Source of the DNA: Geosiphon pyriformis uo1
Taxonomy: Eukaryota; Fungi; Glomeromycota
Assembly: GCA_016748015.1 (NCBI GenBank)
Contig: JAAOMT010000201.1
Span: 515,520-579,519, forward strand
Direction: 5' to 3'
DNA length: 64,000 nucleotides
Position 1 is the first letter of the stretch, and each line of letters begins with the position of its first letter. The position numbers were made by a program, and so were the translations under genes. Below, in pieces: positions 26,311 to 37,790 of this stretch. The notes below the pieces were generated by a model, which saw nothing but the letters and a program-made list of their open reading frames with translations, ran no database searches and was not told the DNA's origin.

Positions 26311-27206
26311 CTTTTTTTTAACAAGTGAAGCCCAACCACTATCTGCTACAATACAACAAGATATATGTTCCAAAGTAGACGTGGTTCATGTAGTTTCAAC
26401 ACGCAACCACCCACTCGGCCAATCAAGGCTACACTGGACAGTTAATACAACAAAATTATTACAACCAAAATCAGAAAAAAACAAGTATCTTGACTTAAAA
26501 CCAAAACACACTGCATGGCCTCTAAGAGCATTAAGTCTATGTAAAATTTTATTAATAGCAATTATCCGATCCCTAATCACATCAAGCCACTGCTTATAAG
26601 ACCACTCTTCTCATATTCTACTCCTATACATAGCACTAAGCATCTCTATGTAGGACAACCAGACTATGACAAAATTCAACCAGCTTGGCTTTCGCAGTCT
26701 TGGAACTACCAAAAACTTTTAACAACTTATTGAACCAATTCCTAAAAACTAACTCCTTCAAATGTTTACATAGATAACATTATCAACTTCTGTATTATGT
26801 AGAGCTTAGAACACTGACAATGACCAATTACAGCAACAGCCAAAACTTTCTACTGTTCAAAATAACCACACAAGATCTCAATCTTATGGTCTTATCTTTC
26901 AGACATGCAAATGAATAGTTAAAACATTCAACTTCACATCGAACACATAATACACTGGAATAAAACAAACCTATAATTTTTTTCTGACTGCAACTGGCAA
27001 TCTCCTGTAAACTGACTTTATAATATAAGTGTGCAAATGGCTGTGACTCTACTGGTAAAGCCAGAACTGAAATGAGAATCTGGGTGTCATACCGATGCTG
27101 TATACAGGCAATTAATCAATCCAATATCTGTTCTTAAGTCCAGCTTGAAACCAGACAACTCGGATACATACATGTCAATGGCAACTTGACTATCTGCCAC
27201 AACCTG
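26311..27206 (-). mobile_element. 5'-truncated, degenerate non-LTR retrotransposon (LINE) 3' end
   Basis: Minus strand reads V*HPDSHFSSGFTSRVTA / HTYIIKSVYRRLPVAVRKKL*...SVLCVRCEVECFNYSFAC, a CCHC zinc-knuckle region of the type found downstream of non-LTR RT. It continues to a C-terminal FGFKSRYLFFS segment, a ~120 bp 3' UTR and an A-tail (T8 on plus at 26312-26319). Confidence 0.85.
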
Positions 27207-29880
27207 TTTTTTTAAAAAAAAACCTTCATGTTATCAAAGAATATGTCACTTAATAAATAATTTAAATATAAATCAATTTTTTGTTATTGCAAACCTTTTT
27301 TAGGCACAAAATCTGATCAGACAAACCTAATTATTTTGCTAAAAATATGTTATTATATCTAAGATTGTCCACATATCTATTTATAGGTGTATAAATTTTA
27401 CCTTAAGCTTATTTTTAGTAAATACAAAAATAAAGCTAATTCATTCTGATTCATTTCTTTTAGGGCTCTTTGTGTTAATAAAACAAAAATTACCTTTTTC
27501 AAAATATTTATATTTGATTTGTGATAGAATTTAGCAGCTAATAATCATTCTTAGTAAATTTTAAATACAGTAATTCCATTTATTTCAAGTCAAACATAGC
27601 TTTTCATTTTCCGAAAGAATAACTATGAATAGATTAATATTTACTTTATATGGTTAATCTTTAAAGTAAGAATTACGCTGTCTGTATTAGAATGTGTATC
27701 AAATTTTTATCTCATAATAAATATTATTTGTTTTTATTAACTGTTTCCTAACATATGTAATTGCAATTTATTTTGATATTATTCAAAATTTTCTAATAAC
27801 CAGTCCAAAATAATAAATATGCTTTATTTTATAAAAAAAACTATATTTGATGATCAAACAACTGTGACGAAAAAAATTTTTCTCTAAAATTGACATACAT
27901 TTTGTCAAAAGTTTTTAGATTTTAAAAAAAATTGATAAAATTTTATATCTTTAAAAAAAATTTTAAATAGTAAACAATAAAAACGTTCTCTTTGAATGTT
28001 AAAGATTACCATGATCAAAAAATTTATTATCATAAAATTCTTTTAACTGTTTTTATAAAGCTTATCCGTTTTCAAAAATCCACATTGGAAAACTTCTGGA
28101 CTTTTTTTGAGTGAATTTCCTATTGACTTTAATTTGAAATTATTTCGAAAGAATTTTTTGGTTAAAGCAAAGTCTTAAACCAAACGTAAAAAAACATTAT
28201 TTTTATTAATTTCATACTATTAACATTGCAGATATTTCTGGTTTCAATTACTTGTTATCAACTTACTATTAAAATACTTCTGGTTTTGTTTTTGCAAAGC
28301 AACAAAAATATTTACTCAAAAATATTAATTTAAATATTTAATAAGTTTTGAAAAAACATTAATAGCTATTTGCGTCCTTTTTTTTGAAACAAACTATTCA
28401 GATTATATAATCTTTTATATATTTATATGAATATGTTTAATAAAAAGTTGATTAAACTTTACTGCGATTAAAAATATCAAATATTAAAATTTTTGTGTTT
28501 CAATTTAATAAAACTTTTAAATATATTTACTTATAATTTTTTGATGGGATTACAAATAAAAATATGCTTTTTAAATAAATTTGATATTACATTATGTGTT
28601 AATTAAACATCATATGATTTGCGCCCATTTGAATAGCCGCCTTTAGTTACTTGAATTCTTCCTTCCTTGTTTTCCAAATTAATCAATAGATCTTGTTTCA
28701 GTAAACTCCTATCTAAACTTTATTAATGCGAAATGAAACAACTGCAAATTTTGAGGTTAAAGGCATAATTATTTAATGCTTCACCTTCAAATAGTTCGCG
28801 TGTGTGCAAATTCAGATTTACTTAAGGAAGTCATTTTTTAAAGTATATAGTCAAGAAACTTTTAGATAAAAATCTTTGAATACATGGCTCTAGTCAACGG
28901 AAACATTTATTTTTTTATCTTCCGTTGCAATGATCGATATGGTTTATTAATAACCCGAAAAGTCGTGTACTTCCATCTATAGCAAGATCAGTTATTAACC
29001 ATAACAAGAAATCAGATAAATCACTTGCCTATTAAGGACTGTCAAAAGTTTCAAATTGACTAAAATGGTGTAGTTGGCTATGCTCCAAAAAGAGTCGAGA
29101 AATGCAGATTATCAAGTTGCCTTCTTGTTTATTAAAATTATCAAGAAGTTTCAGTGTAATGCAAATTTTTGAATCTATGAAAACCAGAAAGTTGATGGAT
29201 ACTGCAGAAACTACAAAGTTTTATGGTCAACACAATGGAAAAATCAAATTTCTGATTAATGAAATTTTTAAAAAAAAAATTTTCAATCTTTAAAACGATT
29301 CTAAAATTTTAATTTCAAGGATTGTTTATTGGTTTTTTAATTTAGTATTTAAATTATTATGAGTCTTCCTTTAATCTCAGAATAGAAATTGTTTTATGAA
29401 ACCAAAAATTCCAAAGATTGATATCGCAGAAGACTATAGTTTTGAAAATAGGGGATGAAACTGTTGATCAGCAAATCACGCATGCGTCATGTATCCTGTA
29501 TGCTTAAAACTATTCACCATTATTAAAACCTCCTGAGTTGCAAATTTAGGGGTACAAGTTTTGCATGACTGATTTCGGCCATAGGCGCGTATCAACGCTA
29601 TAAGAGGCTACGTCACGAAAAAGGTCAATTTTACGTCTTGATTAATAAGGAAATCGGCAATCAAGCCACAGGGTTAATTTCTTATATAAAAACGAAGTCT
29701 TTTCTCTGTGAATAGACATTATAATCGATTGATTCGATCAAGTTAATCCCTTAATCGTTTGTACAGTATATAGAAATATTTCACTTCAATAAAATAAAGC
29801 ATTTAGAAACGAAATTTGTTGATTGAGTCGGCAATTTCAATATATTTCTGATTTTTTCAATTCAATATTACTTCCTCAAA

Positions 29881-30828
29881 ATGACACAAAAACTCATTTA
29901 TATCCTTTCAGCAACGATTATTTGTCTTGCTCTCGTTTCCTCTCATCCAATATACCTCTCGTCATCTGATTCATCGTTTCTTCGAAGAGGATTAAGTAGC
30001 ACTTATCAAAATAGTCTCAATTCTAATGAATCCTATGATATTGGTAAAGAAAAGACCAAGGGTAAATCCCCCGAAAAAGCCCCCACTGCTCCCGTTAAAA
30101 CTGATCCTTCTAAACCGCTTCCAGATGTGAGCACGATTGTCCCTGAAACGAAAAATACTAGCCTTGACGATAAATCAAACGGAAAGCAGAACGGAATTGG
30201 AAACGTTGGCCAACATAATGGTGAAAATAATGGAATTGGGAACAATCCAGAAGTTCCATTGGTAAAAAGTGATCCATCAGTAACTATTTCTGGATCTCAA
30301 CCTCAACCATCAGCTTCTTCATTGAATCCTAATTCTGAACCTCAACCACCAGTTAAAACAAAAAAATCGCCAGCTAAAAAGCCATTCAAAAAATCATCTA
30401 AAAAATCACATAATAAAAAACCAAAAAAGTCAGGAAATTCTAAATCAAAAAATTCGAAACCAAATTCATCAAATCCAATCAAAGAAAAGAACCCAATAAG
30501 TGATCCCACTCCAAATAAAAATGGAATCGCTGGAAATGAAAACGAAAATGTGCCTATTACTCCTGAGACATCGACGGACGGAAGCGCATCTGCTACAGGC
30601 AAGCCATCTGCAAATGGAACTAAACCTATTACCCCTGATACATCTGCTAAAGGAAATGAAACTATCCCTGATAAATCTGCGGACGGAAATATACCCATTA
30701 TTCCTGAGCCACCTGCAAATGGAAAAAAGAGTAAAAATGGCCAAAACAACGGCAAAGGGAATAAAGGTTTGCATAATGGAGAAAATAATGGAAAGGGAAA
30801 TTATGAGCCAAGCAGTATTTTTCATTAA
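29881..30828 (+). CDS. Secreted low-complexity repeat protein (315 aa), candidate effector or cell-surface protein
   Basis: Intronless ORF. Signal peptide MTQKLIYILSATIICLALVSS, LRR Kex2-type site, two N/G repeats (NGKQNGIGNVGQHNGENNGIGN and NGQNNGKGNKGLHNGENNGKGN), Lys-rich block and I(T/I)P(E/D)xS repeats. TATA-like tatataaaa at ~29684. Confidence 0.85.
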   Translation: MTQKLIYILSATIICLALVSSHPIYLSSSDSSFLRRGLSSTYQNSLNSNESYDIGKEKTKGKSPEKAPTAPVKTDPSKPLPDVSTIVPETKNTSLDDKSNGKQNGIGNVGQHNGENNGIGNNPEVPLVKSDPSVTISGSQPQPSASSLNPNSEPQPPVKTKKSPAKKPFKKSSKKSHNKKPKKSGNSKSKNSKPNSSNPIKEKNPISDPTPNKNGIAGNENENVPITPETSTDGSASATGKPSANGTKPITPDTSAKGNETIPDKSADGNIPIIPEPPANGKKSKNGQNNGKGNKGLHNGENNGKGNYEPSSIFH

Positions 30829-32469
30829 ATTATTTGGTACACAGCTGAATATTTCTTTGATTTAGTTGTAATTAAATAAAAATAACTACTGGGATAAATT
30901 ATCAAAGTTTGATAGTTTGAGATACCCTAATAAAAAGAATAATGCTCACCAAAAATATTACTCCTATATGTAAAATATTCAAATTTTAGTATCCAGTGAA
31001 AAATAAAAAGCTTTCGCTTCCAATTTTTTAATTTTTTAAACCAAGATTACTTTTAATATTTTTTACTGCTACTAAAAATTTTACGTCACATCACGTACCT
31101 TAATATTCAATTATCAGCTTGATTATGCTGAGCCTAGCTAATTTTTTGAGTTTTTCAGCTTCACATTTCTTTTTAACGTGAGTTGAAGGTTTTAAATGTC
31201 AAAAAAAATTTTGCAAATGTTTTTGGATGAACTAAAAAATGGAATTTCGAAGAATTTGGGAGAAATGGTTGTTAAAAAAAAATTGGCATTAATAAAAACC
31301 CTACGTAATCTATTCTAAGAATTTTCTCAAATGAATTTAATAAATTCATCAAATTTATGATTCATATAATTTTGAAACCAAATTTTTTGAACCCACTAAT
31401 TTTTTATAGTGAGTTTTAGTTTAAAGTTCGAAAATATAAAATTTGGAAAGTTTACAAGGGGATTACTCTCAAAGCAATTGATGATGATGGCATTACAAAT
31501 AAATTTTTTAAAATTTTCTACTTAATATTATAATTAAAGAAATTCAAATAACAAATTGGTATCATTATAACTTTATAAGTCATTGCTTTGAGATATCTTT
31601 TGACTCTATGAATAACGTTATATATTTGCTGAAGCAGTTCCAAAATTAAGTAATTAAATAACTTTGGACTTTAAATATTAACAAAAAATCTTAGTTAATA
31701 TTTATTAAAATTGAAATGATTTATTATAAAGTATTTTTTCATTATGTTTAATATGCTTTTTAGACTGATAGAGAAATAAAAAGAAAATTTAAATCCATAA
31801 CTTAAATTTTTAAGTTTAAATGCTTTTGAATTAAGTTTAATATTGATTATTGATTTTAAAAAGAAGAAATGTGAATTAGAACACAAACATTAATAACAAG
31901 GGCAAAATTAAATGGCATACGAGAATTAGTTTTTCACATATTTTGGGTCAAAAAGAAATATATTGTGATTATATTTTTCAACATTCTCATCACGTCAACT
32001 TTGAAACTGATTAAGTTTTAATAAGAATATTTTTCACTGTCTGGAGTTTTTTAACTATTTTTTAAAAAAAACAAATTATTAAAGTTATTATTTATTTTAG
32101 TTACATTATTATCATTTTAAATCATGTTATTCTTATTTTAATTACATTACTATTTTTCTAATTATTATTATTATTTTTTAGTTAATTAATTTTTTAATTT
32201 ATATTTTTATTTACACACATAGCATAATTTATTATTAATTAGCTATATAATTTCTTTTTCTATCAATAAATTTTTAGTTTGATTAACTTCAGTTATTACA
32301 TTTATTCTTATATCTTTTTGATCTTGTTTATTTTTTTTCTGGTTAAAACTCTGTTAAATTGTTTTAATAAAATTTTCACATTGTAGCATATATTAATTTA
32401 ATTAATTAATTTATTTATTAATTTATTAACTAATTGACTTAAATATATTGTATAAATTATTATTTTAAT

Positions 32470-32568
32470 TGAGTGAGGCCCAATCACCACATAATACAAT
32501 ACAACAGCTAAGTGTTCTAAACTAGACGTAACTTACACACTTTCTAGATGTGACCAACCACTCGGTGT
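32470..32568 (-). mobile_element. Degenerate LINE 3'-UTR copy (copy C)
   Basis: Reverse complement ccgagtggttggtcacatctagaaa...acgtctagtttagaaca...tgttgtattgta...ggtgattgggcctcactc aligns closely with the 26320-26410 3' UTR. Confidence 0.75.
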
Positions 32569-34414
32569 CTTCTTAACCATGACATCAACGTCCAAACCGG
32601 AAAAAACCGAACATAACTTACGTGAACCAAATAAAATGCCACCATCTAAAATTTTTTATTTAATAATAACAAAATTATTACAAATTTTTTTATAACCTTT
32701 TTATAACAATTTTATTAAAGCAATGTTTGTTTGGTGTATTAATTTAATTAAAAATATAAATTATGAATGTGATAACATCTTCCGCTCCATCGTGTGAACT
32801 GTATTATAAATAAAATCAAAAATTATTTTTATCTATTCTATTACTTATTGCAATGTAACTAACTACAAAATAAAATTGAAGTTAATTATTTTATCTTGAT
32901 TAAATAACCTAACTTTTTTTTCGAACTCGTTTGGGATATGTATAAAATGAAATTAGCGATAAAATAATTTGTATTAAAAAACTTTTGTTTATAGCTCTAA
33001 AATAAGTTTTAGATTTGTTTTTTAAAGGCGAGATAAGTTTTAAATCTACTTTTGTTTTTTCTTTTAGAACTCATCCATTAATAATTTTAACTTCCAACCA
33101 TTCTTTTTAGTTCTTCATCTTTTTTCTTTCAAATTTAAGTCTTGTCCTGGCACTGAAAACTAATACTGGGTCAAGATCTTATTTTCTGAATCTATTTTAA
33201 AGATAAACGTACTCAATTTTTATTTCTAAAATTTTTATTATTTTTCATTAATCTTTAAAATTCCTTCGGTCAATAACAACATCAACATCTATAAAAAATT
33301 AAAAAAGACTTTGTCAATACGATATCAGAAAAGGTTCGTTCTTGAAATTTTTTCCTTTGAAAATGAACATATTTAAACACTAATTCTTTTTACCCTCATT
33401 ACGAAAAAAATCCCTGCTTCTTATAATATTACAAATATTGAAATATTTAGATTTTTCGTAGGCTAAAATATTAATTGGAATTAAAGGCATTAACTAGAAT
33501 AACATCAATGCTCAAATTATAATCAATTTTTCTCGTGACACATTATATAATTTCTCAATCAACTTATTAATAATAAATTCCATAATACACGTGTTATATC
33601 CTTACCTTGCCAATAATTGTTCAATCTCAAAATCAATCTACTCCAGTGACTGATAGCAATTAAGGCAATTATAATTAAATCATACATTTATAGTTTTGGG
33701 ATATATGTAGAAAAAATAGGGAATATGTAAACGAATCAAAAAATATTAGTCGCTTTAGGTTAAAGTGTGAAAAGCATTTTATAATGAGATGGTCCAATAT
33801 TTTCTTAAACAAAAGCTAAATTTTTGAGACTTTGCTATATCGTAATCAAATGTAATAAATTAATTTAGAAAAAAGTATATTATTCATATCCTAAAACCGA
33901 TTGTTTAAATTTTATGGATTCAAGATCAAGAGAAATTTCTGTTAAAAACTTTTATATATAGTTAAAAGAGCACAACCCAAAGTTTTTGCACCTGAAATTT
34001 TTGGGAGCAGTAAGTAGATTATCACAATTCTCTTTAATCATACAGCCTATAATTATAGCAATTGAAGAAATTAAAATGTGCTGGAAAATTTAAAGAGGAA
34101 GCTTTTTCAAATACGAATTCTTGAATAGAAATTTTTCTATTTATAGTTTCTAATAAAAATTTCTTTTTTTGAATATTTTGTCAATATATAATTAAATTTA
34201 AATTTTTAAATGTATTATATTTCAGGTATAATCTTAAAATAATTAACTTTAAATATAGCTGTTACATTAATTCAACAAATTTCTATTTTTAGCAATTTTG
34301 GGTATCAAATTTAAATTCCAATAAAAAACACTAATTAAATAATTAAGTTTATTTATTTGACTTTTGTTTAATTAAATTCAAATAACAAGAGTTTTATTAT
34401 AAAATTATTCAAAA

Positions 34415-34675
34415 TTAGTGATTAAAACAAGTCGGGTTGGGGTCGGATAATTTTTTTCAAATTGCTAACCCAACCCGACCCGACCTGTAGCCGGATTAAT
34501 TTACTCTAGTCAGGTACAATTATATTCTCAAAGTCAGGTCGGATCGGGTTGAAATCGGGCCGGGTCAAATTCCAAAACCCTATCTGACCCGACCCGAAAT
34601 TAACGGGTCAAAGATTATATAATTCAACTCATATTTTCGGGTCGGGTTCAAATTCAGGTTTGACCCGGCATCAGA
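34415..34675. mobile_element. Non-autonomous DNA transposon relic, hAT/MITE-like subterminal repeats
   Basis: Dense GC-rich cluster of tcgggt/acccga motifs in both orientations (cccaacccgacccgacc, gtcggatcgggt, gacccgacccga, ttcgggtcgggtt). No intact TIR pair or TSD was recognised. Confidence 0.6.
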
Positions 34676-36351
34676 AATAAATGTTCTGATGGAACTGAAG
34701 TTCCTGGAATAGTTTATAACCGCCATGTTTATCATGTCATTAATAAGATAGTACAATGATTATGACACCAAAAGATTAATAGATTGTGATTTTTATAAAA
34801 TAATCAGAAAGATCATATTTTGCCATTTTAGACATGCCAAAATAAATTTGAGTTCAGTTTTAACAGGACAACTCAGGAAGATGTTTTTCAAATAGTAAAT
34901 TTAATAATGAAAAAGGTGGATTACTTCAAAAAGAATAAACTTTTGAATATATGTTTACCAAAAATTTTTTATTTGATATCATATTCATTTTTTGTTAATT
35001 CAAATTTTCCAGACTTGAGACTCAAAGTTTTAGATGTTGGATCTGAAATATTCTTCTAATTTTGGTTTGTTTTAATGTTTTCAACAATTTGATAGGCAAT
35101 TTTTTTTAAAATCAGTGTTCTTATTAGACTTTAAACAATGGTAACATTATTGAAAGAATAGAATAATAATTTCCACTTATTATAATTGTAATATGTACAA
35201 AAAAACCCAAAAGATTGATTAAATTCTTGAATTTCTATTTTTTTAATATCATTTATAATTTTTTTTTTCATTTGTTGGATTTTTTTTAGAATGTTTTTAT
35301 AGTTTCATAAAGATTAAGCAGCCAACTTGATAATAAGTAAGTTAATTACTATATCAAATTTTCGATATTCGATTTAATAAAATTATATTTTTATCTTAAA
35401 GTAACATATTTTTGGTTTTAGTTGTCAGAATTGTGTAAATTTCTAAGATATCAAAATTTCTTATTGCTTTTATTGTCTATTAGATCTGCTAAATATTAAT
35501 CGTTTAATTTTTATTTATCAAGTTCTTTTAGCCAAAAAATCTACAATGTGTTTAAATGAATGTGTAAGATTCAAGGATGTCCAAACGTTTATCTTTATTT
35601 TTTTAGTTTAAATATCACTTTAACATAACAATTGTAAACAAAAAATTCGTAATATTGTCACAGAGAATTTCGGTATTGAAAGTACTGCATGGAAAACAAA
35701 GTTTGTTCCATATAGACACAAAGACTCAGAAAAAGATATTTATAAAAATCAAATTTTAAAGATCTTAATATAAGGTTGAAGTGAAAGGCAAATCTGGTAA
35801 TTCTCAAAATAGTAAAAAATTAGATTTTTACTGATTAATAAAAATTGTTCAAATTTTTATTATTTTATAGAAAAAAAACCAGAAATAATATTTAAAAGCA
35901 AAAAATGATTACATTGAGAAAAACTATGCAGTTTTTAAGTTTTTACCAGCTAAAGATTTTTCAAAATTTAGAAAATTTTATTTCAATTATAAATTAGATG
36001 CCTTTATTATATATTTAATCCTAAAATGTTCCCTTTCAAAAAAATTAAAAATTCTAATTGTTTCTGGTTAAACCAACAATAACTTCAAATCCAAACGACT
36101 AAAACCCTTTCAGAAATAAAAAAAAATGTAAACTATTATGCGAGAAAATTTTGACTATCACATTCTGAAACCTTTTTAACCTATGCAACGTAAATGTGGT
36201 ATCTCAACACATTACTTTTTACATTATATAACTTTTGCATTAAAAAATAAAGATATCCACTCAAAATATATGTATATTCACCGGTGTCAATGACAAAAAT
36301 TAATGGATGGATTTGTAGATGGACGCTTCTCAGTGTGAATCTTATCGCCTT

Positions 36352-36801
36352 TTATTCTGCGCCATGATTAAATCCCTCAGTTTGATTAGTATCTGTACTT
36401 GGATTAGTATTGGCCGAATTGGGAATTGCTAGAGCAGATTGATTTTGAGGGCGAACAATTATTGCGGAATTTGTGGCAACGGGATTGATAGGTAAGGCTG
36501 TAATCTGTGTATTATGAAATGTAATATCGACAACTTGAAAAGCTCCATCATTAAAAACAGAAGACGTGTCAATTGATGAATTATTGCGAATGTTAACATT
36601 TTCTTCAGGAAATTGCCGCAATTCTTCCATATGTGAAGTTGATTCAGAAGGGATATAATGAGCAAAGAGGAAAGATAAAGGTTGATTATTGTTCACAAGA
36701 ATGTGATTGTTTTGAGCGTTAACCCCATTCTGGTTAATGCTGCCGTTAATTCCAAAATTAGGGACAGCAGATAGGTTTGCGTTCGCTGATAAGTTATTCA
36801 T
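36352..36801 (-). CDS. Orphan Asn-rich disordered protein (149 aa)
   Basis: ATG-initiated ORF with coding-like composition, higher GC than its flanks, and a TATA-like element plus GC boxes upstream. No recognisable domain. Confidence 0.5.
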   Translation of the reverse strand: MNNLSANANLSAVPNFGINGSINQNGVNAQNNHILVNNNQPLSFLFAHYIPSESTSHMEELRQFPEENVNIRNNSSIDTSSVFNDGAFQVVDITFHNTQITALPINPVATNSAIIVRPQNQSALAIPNSANTNPSTDTNQTEGFNHGAE

Positions 36802-36907
36802 GAAGGGTAATCTATTTTACTATTTTTTAACGTGTATGAAAACTAAGATTTCTATGGACTTGAGACTTTTTTGATGAAAAACTGCATTTTTGGAAAAAAA
36901 TACAATT

Positions 36908-36971
36908 GAATTTATAGCGAATCTCACTAATGCGCCCCCGCTCCCTTTCCCCGCTCCCTTTCCCCGCTCCC
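36908..36971 (-). promoter_or_regulatory. Tandem 13-mer GC boxes (GGGAGCGGGGAAA x~3) followed by TATA-like GCTATAAAT
   Basis: Plus strand cccccgctccc-tttccccgctccc-tttccccgctccc at 36935-36971, and atttatagc at ~36910-36918, 110-170 nt upstream of the ATG at 36801. Confidence 0.5.
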
Positions 36972-37469
36972 GATCGACACAATCCATTTTAGGCAAGATA
37001 AATTGAGTCAATAAAACTTATTTAATCTTTTATTATGTTTGTACAATGTTTTTGTAATTAAATCTTGACATGTTTTTTAAAAATTATAATTTCAAGAGAT
37101 AGATGATGACAAATAAATATCGTTTGTTTTGGCAATTAATTTCAGTGATATTTCGGATTTTATTCCAAGAGTGATCTACTCCAAAATAAGGTAAACCATT
37201 GAACAGTCTATTTGTCATAGGCTATCTAATGATTGAAAAAGGTGATTGTTCCAAATTCCCATTGAATGGTTTTGGAGGTTTGTAAAACATAAAATTAAAA
37301 TATCGCAACATGATCATAATTGGTAATTTTCATCAGCCAAAAAATTAAATTAGATCAACAAGAACCAATCAATATTCTGAATCATCGTTCTTTATTTCAT
37401 CATCATCATCATCATCATCATTATAATATTTGTGAATTGTGTTCCCCACTTGTTTTGTTAATCAAGAAT

Positions 37470-37790
37470 TCAGTTCGTGGCTTTCGGTTTTGGTGAATTC
37501 AGTTTTTAACTTCACTCTACATATTTTCTATTGGATTAAGATCTTGAGATTGTGGAGGTCATTCCAAGATTATTTTCGAGTTCTTTCATAAGCTTGTACT
37601 TATGGATTGGAGTGAAATATTGCTTTTTCATTAGTCATAATTATTGAATGAACTACATCTAATCTGAGGCTTCCACATGCTTCACCAGTCATATGTGAAC
37701 TCACTTTTATGACAGGATACGCGAGAATTTCCATAAGAATCATTTCTTATCTAAGGTTCGTCTGTCCAAAGATAAATCTGATAAATTTGA
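37470..37790 (-). mobile_element. Tc1/mariner (IS630-Tc1, DDE_3) transposase relic
   Basis: Minus strand LE*PPQSQDLNPIENM*SEVK corresponds to WPPQSPDLNPIENxW with both Trp codons mutated to stops. Upstream LWTDE first-Asp motif. Confidence 0.88.

Noticed and set aside
26400-26412. TGGCCGAGTGG resembling a tRNA A-box (tRNA gene or tRNA-derived SINE)
   Set aside because: No B-box (GTTCRA) at a suitable distance and no cloverleaf. It lies directly after the LINE ORF end and is not conserved as an A-box in the other copies.
30033-30865. Antisense and alternative-frame ORFs over the secreted protein
   Set aside because: Shadow ORFs of a low-complexity coding strand, with no independent signals.
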